Shown piece by piece: positions 50,200 through 62,683 of a DNA stretch of 64,000 nucleotides. Origin of the DNA: Polyangiaceae bacterium (GTDB lineage: Bacteria > Myxococcota_A > Polyangia > Polyangiales > Polyangiaceae). A program made the position numbers and the translations under genes. Under the pieces are notes generated by a model. It had not been told where the DNA came from. It searched no databases and saw nothing but the letters and a program-made list of their open reading frames with translations. The stretch's first letter is position 1, and every line of letters starts with the position of its first letter. The stretch lies in the NCBI GenBank assembly GCA_050287085.1, contig JBNKBE010000024.1, positions 1 to 64,000 of the forward strand, written 5' to 3'.

Positions 50200-52529
50200 G
50201 GGCTCACCCCTCCAACGATTTCGGCAAGAAGCCCCTCCGTCTCCTTCTCAAGTACGGCGATGTCAGAGCGGATCTCGGCGAGTGTGCGGAGCGGTGCAGG
50301 CTTGTAGAAGTGTCGGGTGAAGCTCACCTCGTAGCCGATCTTGGCGCTCTTCGCGTCGTACCAGGCGTCCTCCGCGTAGGGCAGCACCTCTCGACGAATG
50401 AAGGCGTCGATGCCGCCATCTTCGAGCAGAGGCACCTGTTCGGTATCGCGCAGGTCCGGGTCGTGCTCGTACTCAACGACACACGGCTTTCCGTCTATGG
50501 TCGCTTCAAAGCGCCCGTGTAGCGGGCTGGCTTTGGCTTTTCCTGGCCTGTGCTGCTTCTTGACCACGCGCGCGGCCCTGGCGTCGGTCCAGCTAACCGC
50601 CGCGTAGATGGCCTTCTTCTCGGTGGCGGTCAGCTTGTGGCCCAGTCGCGCCAGCTCAGCCTCTACCTGGGCTCGGAACGCGTTGTGGTCCATGAAGACT
50701 TCTTTGCCGAGCGCAGACCTCAGTGCAGCCCCTATCTCGGCTAGCTTGGCGTCGCGTGCCCACGTCTTTGGATCGAGAAGCTTCTTCTGCTTCTTTGCGG
50801 GGATCTCTTTCTGCTCTGAACCGCCATCCTCATCGTCGTCCGACTTGCCCCAGTTCTCAATGAGCTGCTTCAGGGCGCCGGCGATCTTGGAAAAGTTCTC
50901 GAAGAGGTCTTCGCCAAGTTCTTCGTAGAGGGCTTGCCGAAGCTCGCTGTCGCCCGAAGCGAATCGGAGACTTTCGATATTGCTCACGGTGAGCTGACTG
51001 CAAAGGCGCAAGGGGCGGTCCACCGTGACCTTCCAATAACCGAATGCCTTGTTCTCGAAGAGCTTCGAGTGCTCACTCTCCTCCATCGTCAAGAACGCCC
51101 GGCAGATGCGCTCAATATTGTCCGCGCTGAGCTCGCAGTTCTTCTGCCCCAGATTCCTCCTCAGCGGCACATACCATTCGGTGGCATCGATGAGCTGGAT
51201 CTTGCCTCGCCGCTCGGGGGTCTTTCGATTGGAAAGCACCCAGATGTAGGTGGCGATGCCTGTGTTGTAGAACATGTTCAGTGGCAGCGCGACGATGGCT
51301 TCGAGCAGGTCGTTTTCGATGATCCATCGCCGGATGTTGCTCTCGCCCTGGCCCGCATCACCGGTGAAGAGCGATGAACCATTATGTACCTCGGCGATGC
51401 GGCTGCCGAGCTTGGTGCCTCGCTTCATCTTCGAGACCATGTTGGCCAGGAAGAGCATCTGCCCATCGCTCGAACGCGTGATGAGAGAGAACTCTGGGTC
51501 ACCATCGTGCTCGACGATGAAGCGCGGATCTTTCAAGCCACTCTTGCCACCCATCCGTTCGAGGTCGCTCTTGTAGCTCTTTCCGTAAGGAGGATTCGAC
51601 AACATGAAGTCGAACTCTCGCGACGGGAACGCATCGCTAGACAGGGTGGAGTGCTCGGGCCCACCAACCAGGTTGTCAGCGTCGTCGCCCTCGCCCTTGA
51701 GCAGAAAGTCAGCCTTAGCGATCGCGTAGGTCTCGGCGTTGATCTCTTGCCCGAACATGTGCGTGACGACTTTCTTGCCACGCTCATTGGCGAGTGTTTC
51801 GAGGGTCTCCTCAGCGACAGTCAGCATCCCACCGGTACCGCAGGCGCCGTCGTACAGGAGGTAGGTCCCCGACTCGATCCTGTCAGCGATCGGCAGGAAG
51901 ATGAGCTTAGCCATCAGGCGCACGGCATCGCGCGGAGTCCAGTGCTCTCCCGCCTCCTCGTTGTTGTCCTCGTTGAAGCGACGAACCAGCTCTTCGAAAA
52001 CCGTGCCCATGGCATGGTTGTCGAGGCCAGGGTGCTTCACCGTGTTGTTGCCGTTGAGCACCGGCTTCGGGCTCAAGTTGATAGCGGGGTCGAGGAACTT
52101 CTCGATCAACGTGCCAAGCGCGTCTGCGCGGGAAAGCTTGGGTACCTGGTGGCGAAAGTCGAAATTGCTGATGATCTCTTGCACGTTTGGCGAGAAGCCA
52201 TCCAGGTAGGCGATGAAATCGTCGCGTAGGTTCTGCTGGCTGGCCCGATGGCGCAGGTCGCGTAGCGTGAACTTCGACGTGTTGTAGAACGCCTCACCCG
52301 CGGCCTGACGCAAGGCTTGATCTTGGTTGGTGACGCCAGCCTCGTCCAATGAGGCTTTCATCTCGAGGACGCCCTTCTTGGTGCCCTCAAGCACGGCATC
52401 CAGGCGCCGAATCACGACCATTGGGAGAATGACGTCGCGATACTTCCCGCGCACGTACAGGTCCCTGAGCACATCGTCTGCGATGCCCCAGATGAAGTTG
52501 GTGATCCAGCTCAGCTCAGAACTCTTCAT
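50196..52529 (-). CDS. hsdM: Type I R-M N6-adenine methyltransferase subunit
   Basis: NFIWGIADDVLRD, AGEHWTPR, YDGACGTGGML, NPPY, FYNTGIATY. ATG at 52529. Confidence 0.95.
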   Translation of the reverse strand: MKSSELSWITNFIWGIADDVLRDLYVRGKYRDVILPMVVIRRLDAVLEGTKKGVLEMKASLDEAGVTNQDQALRQAAGEAFYNTSKFTLRDLRHRASQQNLRDDFIAYLDGFSPNVQEIISNFDFRHQVPKLSRADALGTLIEKFLDPAINLSPKPVLNGNNTVKHPGLDNHAMGTVFEELVRRFNEDNNEEAGEHWTPRDAVRLMAKLIFLPIADRIESGTYLLYDGACGTGGMLTVAEETLETLANERGKKVVTHMFGQEINAETYAIAKADFLLKGEGDDADNLVGGPEHSTLSSDAFPSREFDFMLSNPPYGKSYKSDLERMGGKSGLKDPRFIVEHDGDPEFSLITRSSDGQMLFLANMVSKMKRGTKLGSRIAEVHNGSSLFTGDAGQGESNIRRWIIENDLLEAIVALPLNMFYNTGIATYIWVLSNRKTPERRGKIQLIDATEWYVPLRRNLGQKNCELSADNIERICRAFLTMEESEHSKLFENKAFGYWKVTVDRPLRLCSQLTVSNIESLRFASGDSELRQALYEELGEDLFENFSKIAGALKQLIENWGKSDDDEDGGSEQKEIPAKKQKKLLDPKTWARDAKLAEIGAALRSALGKEVFMDHNAFRAQVEAELARLGHKLTATEKKAIYAAVSWTDARAARVVKKQHRPGKAKASPLHGRFEATIDGKPCVVEYEHDPDLRDTEQVPLLEDGGIDAFIRREVLPYAEDAWYDAKSAKIGYEVSFTRHFYKPAPLRTLAEIRSDIAVLEKETEGLLAEIVGGVSP

Positions 52530-52578
52530 TCTTGGTCTCCGGCGGGAAGAGTCCCCCCACGAATCTGTGTCTTCATCC

Positions 52579-52773
52579 TCATTGCTCGTCCGCGGCCTTG
52601 TTGGCCGCTTCTTCCTTCTGTTTCGCAATCCACTTGTCGAGATCCGCCTTCTCGAACCGCCAGCTTCCGCCCACCTTGAACCCAGGGAGCTCGCCCCGAT
52701 TCACCAGCCGGTACACCGTCTTTGGATCGATGTTCAGGTATTCAGCGACGTCCTGGACGGTCATGGCGGTCAT
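52579..52773 (-). CDS. Excisionase-like (HTH_17/MerR-type) DNA-binding protein, 64 aa
   Basis: MTVQDVAEYLNIDPKTVYRLV..GELPGFKVGGSWRF....LDKWI. Confidence 0.88.
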   Translation of the reverse strand: MTAMTVQDVAEYLNIDPKTVYRLVNRGELPGFKVGGSWRFEKADLDKWIAKQKEEAANKAADEQ

Positions 52774-52820
52774 GCGCAGCGGCTCCCTCGTGGTCACTCG
52801 GCCTCGTGAGACAGGTGGGT

Positions 52821-52850
52821 ACGGTAGTCCAAAATTGTCCAACAGACAAT
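52821..52850 (-). promoter_or_regulatory. Putative sigma70 promoter with overlapping operator for the HTH-hsdMS-darTG-hsdR operon
   Basis: Minus strand TTGTCT-N17-TACCGT; palindrome ATTGTC-N5-GACAAT (52834-52850); TTGGAC repeated at a 10-bp period. Confidence 0.6.
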
Positions 52851-52892
52851 GCCAAAACGCAGGGAATTCCAGCGGTTGTGCGTAGATCGCAG

Positions 52893-53357
52893 CTAGGAGG
52901 TGAACTGGGGGTCGGGCACGATCTCGCGCCACTGGGCCCGCTGCGCGCCCCAGTCCCCCGCGTAGATCACCGCCCGCAGGTCCCGCTCGCTCATGGGCTC
53001 CCGGCCGTCGACAGCCTCGAGGAAGAGCACCTGCTCCTGGATGTCCGGGGCCAGCAGCATGAGGTTCATGAGCTGAGTGATTCGCGCCCGCGTGAGCTGG
53101 AAGTGCCGGGCGGCGTCGGCCTGGTCGCGGAAGTCGCCCCGCTCGATGGCGGCACCCAGGCCGTGGGCGAAAGCCAGCATCTGGGCCACCCGGGCCGGGC
53201 GACGAGCGGGGTCGTGGACGGGCTTGGGCTCGGGGGGCTTCTCGGTGAAGACGTAGCCTCGGCCGCGGCGTTTGCGGAAGAGCTTGCCGGTCAGCACGAG
53301 GGTGTCGCCGTCCGTCTTTTCGGCATGCTGGGTGGGGAGCACGGCTTCGTCAGTCAT
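52893..53357 (-). CDS. Recombinase-associated HTH-like protein
   Basis: AQMLAFAH...DQADAARHFQLTRARITQLMNL.LLAPDIQE resembles the C-terminal module of DUF2924-linked recombinases. ATGA overlap with the recombinase. Confidence 0.7.
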   Translation of the reverse strand: MTDEAVLPTQHAEKTDGDTLVLTGKLFRKRRGRGYVFTEKPPEPKPVHDPARRPARVAQMLAFAHGLGAAIERGDFRDQADAARHFQLTRARITQLMNLMLLAPDIQEQVLFLEAVDGREPMSERDLRAVIYAGDWGAQRAQWREIVPDPQFTS

Positions 53358-54982
53358 GGGGTGGCCTCCATCGCAACCGGGGCGGGCACGGGCTCGCCGG
53401 CCTCGGCTTCATCCGTTCGGTCGTCCTGGCGATCCGGTGCGCCGAGGTCGTTGAGCATCACGGTGACCTCGTTCTCGGGCTCGTTGACGATGACCTTCTT
53501 CACGACGGCTTCGATGAGGCGCATGCGGTTGGCCGGCGACATCACGTCCCAGACGGTGTCGAAGGTCTTCAGCGCGCCGCTGACCCAGCGACCCTCGGAC
53601 TGCAAGTCGTCGAGGCCGTTGAGGGTACGCTCGACTTCGACCAGGCGCATCTCGTGCTTGGCCATGGCCTGCCCCAGCTGGTCGATGCGGGTCTCGATTT
53701 GCCGACGCGCCGACTCGTTGACGCCGATGATGGTGTCGATGAGCTTCTTGATCTCCGACGACAGCTCCGCGATCAACGCGGGCAGCTTCTTCTGCTCGCG
53801 CACGAGGGAGCCACGCTTCTGCTCAAAGTAGGCGTCCATGCGACGGGTCACTTCGTCGGCGAGGTTGCCGTCGGCGGTCACGTCGCGGATGCGGGTGACC
53901 ACGAAGCTCTCGATGGCGTTGGCGGGTAGCGGTCGCGCGTCGCAAGCGCGCCGGCCTCGCTTGTCTCGGTTGACGCACTGGTAATAGCGGTAGCGCTTGG
54001 TGTTGCCCTTCTTCTTGCTGGTGCTCTTGCCGGTCATGGCGTAGCCACAGACACAGAAGAGCCGCCCGGACAGCAGGTACTCGCCGCTGCGCGGCTTGCC
54101 GGTCCGGCCCGCCCCGAACTTCTTCAGGTAGACCTGCACGCGGTGGAAGATGGCCGGCTCGATGATGGCCTCGTGTTCACCCTCGAAGACCTCGTCGCGG
54201 TACGGCATCAGGCCGGCGTACGCGGGGTTCTTCAGAATCCGAAGGACGACATCCTTGCTCCATGCCCGCCCCGGCCGGACGCGCCCCTTGCGAGTGGTGC
54301 GCTGCTTGGTGAGCTGGTGCGCCTCGTTGAGATGCTGGGCGATCGACAGGGCCGACTGACGGTCGAGGTAGCGCTCGAAGATCTCGCGCACCACCTGGGC
54401 CTCGTGCTCCACGATCACCAGCTTCTTATCTTGTGCCTCATAGCCGATGGGCACCGCACCGCCGGTCCACTTCCCGCGCCGGCGGGAGCCGGCGATCTTG
54501 TCGCGCGTCCGCTCGCTGATCATCTCACGTTCAAACTCCGCGAAGGACATCAGGACGTTGAGCGTGAGACGGCCCATTGCGTCGGCCGTGGAGAAGTTCT
54601 GGGTGACCGACACGAAGGCGGCACCGGCCTTGTTGAACCGATCCATCACCTTGGCGAAGTCGAGAAGCGAGCGGCTGAGGCGGTCGACCTTGTAGACCAC
54701 CACCACGTCGACACGGCCGGCGTCGATGTCGTTGAGCAATCGGGCGAAGGCGGGCCGGTCGATGTTCGCGCCGGTGAAGCCGCCGTCGTCGTAGCGCGTG
54801 TCGGTGAGCTTCCAGCCGAGGTGTGCTTGGCTCTTGATGTACTGCTCGCAGGCCTCCCGCTGGGCGTCGAGGGAGTTGAAGTCGCGCTCGAGGCCCTTGT
54901 CCGTCGACTTGCGCGTATAGATCGCGACGCGCTTCGGTTCGACGGTGGGCACGCCCGCGGTGTTGGCCTGGCCGTTCTTCAT
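53354..54982 (-). CDS. Large serine recombinase (resolvase, recombinase and Zn-ribbon domains)
   Basis: IYTRKST (catalytic Ser), DDGGFTG, RPAF, VYKVDRLSR, FAEFEREMISER, ILKNPAYAG, HEAII, CVCG...YYQC...C, coiled coil. Confidence 0.95.
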   Translation of the reverse strand: MKNGQANTAGVPTVEPKRVAIYTRKSTDKGLERDFNSLDAQREACEQYIKSQAHLGWKLTDTRYDDGGFTGANIDRPAFARLLNDIDAGRVDVVVVYKVDRLSRSLLDFAKVMDRFNKAGAAFVSVTQNFSTADAMGRLTLNVLMSFAEFEREMISERTRDKIAGSRRRGKWTGGAVPIGYEAQDKKLVIVEHEAQVVREIFERYLDRQSALSIAQHLNEAHQLTKQRTTRKGRVRPGRAWSKDVVLRILKNPAYAGLMPYRDEVFEGEHEAIIEPAIFHRVQVYLKKFGAGRTGKPRSGEYLLSGRLFCVCGYAMTGKSTSKKKGNTKRYRYYQCVNRDKRGRRACDARPLPANAIESFVVTRIRDVTADGNLADEVTRRMDAYFEQKRGSLVREQKKLPALIAELSSEIKKLIDTIIGVNESARRQIETRIDQLGQAMAKHEMRLVEVERTLNGLDDLQSEGRWVSGALKTFDTVWDVMSPANRMRLIEAVVKKVIVNEPENEVTVMLNDLGAPDRQDDRTDEAEAGEPVPAPVAMEATP

Positions 54983-55515
54983 TCGCTGGACGCCTCCGTG
55001 CTCTGGCTGGCCCGGCTCCGGCTGCGCTTCTGCAGGCGAAAGAACAGGTAGCCGTTCCAGTTGGTGCCGGTGATCTCGCGGGCAACCCGAGACAGCGTTG
55101 CGTAGCGGCGGCCGGCGTACTCGAAGTCTTCGTCGCGAACGATCACCTCGTGAGTTTCGCCGCCCCACTCGCGGGAGACCACCGTGCCGGGCTCCGGCAA
55201 GCGGGGGTCTCGCTCCGACTTGGGCTCTGGTCGTGGCTTGCCGATCAGCGGTCGCCACCGAGCTGGCGCGAACACGGCCAGCTCCTCGATGCGCTCGACC
55301 GCCCGAGGCGACAAGCCGCCCTCAGCCAGCTCCTGGATGCGCCAGGAGATCTTCTTCTGCAGGTACGCCTTGTTGCGCGAGCGGGTCGGCTCGCCGAAGA
55401 CCTCGCGGTACTTCTCGGTCAGCTCCCCGACCGTCATGTTGGCGACGGCGTCGAGCTCGGTCGCCACATCGACGATGGCCCGTTGCTCCGACCGCCTTTC
55501 TCCGACTGCTTTCAT
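54979..55515 (-). CDS. DUF2924 domain protein
   Basis: YL..KISWRIQELAEGGLS, PGTVVSREW.G..HEV.V, Y.TLS.VAREITGT.WNG..FF.L. GGAGG ribosome-binding site. Confidence 0.88.
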   Translation of the reverse strand: MKAVGERRSEQRAIVDVATELDAVANMTVGELTEKYREVFGEPTRSRNKAYLQKKISWRIQELAEGGLSPRAVERIEELAVFAPARWRPLIGKPRPEPKSERDPRLPEPGTVVSREWGGETHEVIVRDEDFEYAGRRYATLSRVAREITGTNWNGYLFFRLQKRSRSRASQSTEASSE

Positions 55516-55643
55516 CTCATGCCTCCGATGGCCGGGTTCACCGGGCCCGGCTCTCAGAGCCATGGAGGCGTTCTCTGGGCGGTAAAGCAACTCGAAATCC
55601 CCAGTAGATTCGAGCGATTGACTGGCGGTTGCAGCGTCCGACA

Positions 55644-58739
<3,096 letters not shown>

Positions 58740-58773
58740 CGGCTACCTCCGCGCCTTGATCGAGGTGCGTGCT

Positions 58774-60224
<1,451 letters not shown>

Positions 60225-60228
<4 letters not shown>

Positions 60229-60953
60229 GCGAAGGGGTCCACTTCTTCCGGCTGGCTCTGCTTGGCGAGGAGCTGGTCGATGAAGGCCCGCGCGGCCGTC
60301 TCGTGCTTGGCCTCGAGGTCGCGCACGCGCTGCACGCCAAACTCGGCGAGAAAGGCATCCACATCCGAGCGCGGCAGGGCCTTGAGCTTGGCGACCAGGT
60401 CACCGGCGACGCGCGGGTCGATGGGCCCAGCGGCGTTGCTCGGCTTCTTGGTGGCCGTCGAGCCCTTGCCGCTGGCGTCCTCGTCGTTGCCGGCGCCGAT
60501 GGACTTGAGGTCGTGCGCCTCGGCGGCGGCGATGCGCGCCCGCATCTCGTCGTCGAGCTTCTCCTCGGGCAGGATGCTGTAGGTCGTCTTCGGATCGCCG
60601 GCGTCGCCGTGGCGCTCGATCTCGAAGAGCCACTTGTCGAGGCCGTACTTGTCGCGGACCTTCAGCACGTCCTTGAACCAGACCGTGCCGCCCTCGATGA
60701 CCTTCATCGCGCCCTCGGCGGGCACGTAGAAGTTCAGCATCACGCGCAGGCTGGGCCGCTTGCCCTGGTGCGCGCTGTTGTTCTCGTCGAACTGCTCGTA
60801 GCGCTCGCCCGTCCAGATCACCTCACGGGCGTAGGGCTCGCCGCAGAACGCGCCGACGATCTTGTCTCCGTTGGCCGCGAGCCGAACGAAGATGCCGCCC
60901 GAGTTCGCGTGCTTGTCGGCCATCGTCGTGGCCAGGTCCCATGCAGTCGTCAT
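60225..60953 (-). CDS. Hypothetical protein, probable phage-type ssDNA-binding protein
   Basis: Beta-rich core (IERHG....KTTYSI); acidic-aromatic C-terminal tail EEVDPFA; translationally coupled to the helicase. Confidence 0.55.
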
Positions 60954-60984
60954 TTCCTTGGTCCTCCAGTGTTGTGTCGGTTGT

Positions 60985-61227
60985 TCAGGCCGCCTCGGCA
61001 GCCAGGGAATCCATCTCGTCGAGCAGTCCGTGCAGGGCGCTCTTCGCCTCGTCGCTCGGGCGCGGACCCGAGCGGTTCAGGTGGGCTCGGAAGACGCGAC
61101 CGAGGGCATCGGCCGTCGCCTCCACAAGCTCGGGCTCGGCGTCGTAGAGCTCGAAGAGCCCGATGAGGCTGAGCGTCACTTCTCGAAAGGCGCGGGTGAG
61201 CGCCGGTCGCTGGTCTTTGGTGCTCAT
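60985..61227 (-). CDS. Small helical hypothetical protein (80 aa)
   Basis: AGGAGG ribosome-binding site; ATGA overlap with the upstream gene. Confidence 0.7.
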   Translation of the reverse strand: MSTKDQRPALTRAFREVTLSLIGLFELYDAEPELVEATADALGRVFRAHLNRSGPRPSDEAKSALHGLLDEMDSLAAEAA

Positions 61228-62162
61228 GGCTTCTGACCTCCTTTGCGGGCTCGGTGGGTTCCGCCGTGCGGCGGGCTTGCCGAGTCACAGGAGGTCAAAG
61301 CCTGGGTGGGGTTCGGTCGGGGACACGCGGTTTGGGGACACTCGAAATCGACCCGCAGCTCCGCGAGCACCTCACGCAGCCGAGCGATGGCCCGCGAGTG
61401 GCGCCGCTTGATGCGCTGGTAGGTTCGACGCCGCTCCGGTGGGGACAGGTCCGGGTGAACGCGATCGACGTACGACGTCAGCAGCTCGCCGCGCACCAGA
61501 GTGGCGACCACCAGCTCGAGCTTGTCGCCGTCCAAGATGTGACCGGCGCGCTCCACCAAGAACGACACCAGCGCGGCGTTCTCCTTCGGATCGCGGCGGC
61601 GCGGCTTGTTCGGCTTGGTCTCGGGCCAGCTCGCCAGGTGCCCCAGGGTTTCGAGATCGTCTTGCCTGCGCGAGATGTCGTCGGGGTCGTCGAAGCGCAC
61701 CTGCTCGAGGTCGCGTTGCTCGGCCCGCACCCGCTTGAAGACCTCGCGCTGGGTCATTTGGCGCAGGTACATGCAGGTGCGATCGCGCCGCTGACTCAGT
61801 GGGAAGTCGCGGACGACCTCGAAGAACGACGAGAGCACGATCTGGTCGAGGTCGTCGCCCGGGACGGCGTCACCGAAGATGCGACCACGCAGACGCGCCA
61901 GCATCGGGTAGAAGGCGACGACGAGCACCGCATTCCAGAACGGATGCGGCCGTCGCTTGTGCTCGCGGAGCAGCGCCCGGGTGAGCGCCTCCTTCTCCGC
62001 GTAGCGCAGCGCCGATTCGTCGCCGAGGACGGCGAGCACGCTGAGCACGGTCTCGTGCTCGCGCAGCTCCAGTTGGTGTTTCTTGGCTTCTTCAAAACGC
62101 TTCTGGTTTCTCTCTGCACGCACCTCGGCTCTGAGGGCGCACTTCATCTGATGAAGGCCCAT
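61224..62162 (-). CDS. Divergent sigma70/ECF-like protein
   Basis: Region-2-like FYPMLARL....DDLDQIV...FFEVV..F...YL; region-4-like TYQRIKRRHSRAIARLREVL; GGAGG ribosome-binding site. Confidence 0.55.
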   Translation of the reverse strand: MGLHQMKCALRAEVRAERNQKRFEEAKKHQLELREHETVLSVLAVLGDESALRYAEKEALTRALLREHKRRPHPFWNAVLVVAFYPMLARLRGRIFGDAVPGDDLDQIVLSSFFEVVRDFPLSQRRDRTCMYLRQMTQREVFKRVRAEQRDLEQVRFDDPDDISRRQDDLETLGHLASWPETKPNKPRRRDPKENAALVSFLVERAGHILDGDKLELVVATLVRGELLTSYVDRVHPDLSPPERRRTYQRIKRRHSRAIARLREVLAELRVDFECPQTACPRPNPTQALTSCDSASPPHGGTHRARKGGQKP

Positions 62163-62318
62163 GGGCTCCTCCGCTCGCGGCGGTGGCCATCGGCGCGTCC
62201 CGGCTGGGGCGCGGTGCCGATGGGCCTCGAGGAGCCTCTGGCGTTGCCGCTCAGTTACTGGTTGTTGGTCAATGGGCCGCCGCCACGACCACCGCGACGA
62301 CGGCGGACGTCATCGCGG

Positions 62319-62534
62319 CTACGCACACCTCCGTTCGTGACGGGGGTGGGCATTGCGGGTGTCCAGACGGTTCGCGGCGCCGCACTTGCGGCAGTCGGTC
62401 GCGAGCTCGCCGCGCACGCGGTAGACCGCCGTCTTGTAGCGGACCTCGACCTCGTCGCCGGTGGCGACGCCGAGGAGCGTGCCGCACTTGCGGCAGCGCC
62501 ACTGAGAGTTCTGGTGCCCAATTCCTGACTGCAT
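62319..62534 (-). CDS. Mu Com-like four-Cys zinc-finger protein (71 aa)
   Basis: WRCRKCGTLLG...CRKCGAAN; GGAGGA ribosome-binding site 4 nt before the ATG. Confidence 0.72.
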   Translation of the reverse strand: MQSGIGHQNSQWRCRKCGTLLGVATGDEVEVRYKTAVYRVRGELATDCRKCGAANRLDTRNAHPRHERRCA

Positions 62535-62590
62535 CTTGTCCTCCGGTTGTTCGGGCTCCGGGGACTTCCCGGACGCCTCGAACCGGAGGC

Positions 62591-62631
62591 GCGACACAGC
62601 GATTCGCCGCCGCGACATTTGGCGTCGCGGC
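62591..62631. promoter_or_regulatory. Tandem palindromic operator-like sites
   Basis: GCGAC-N7-TTCGC (62591-62607) and GCCGCGAC-N7-GTCGCGGC (62609-62631); cores 21 bp apart. Confidence 0.6.
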
Positions 62632-62683
62632 AGAATTTCTTCAGAAAATCAGCGGTGTGGGCGATCGGAGACGACGGGCGAGG

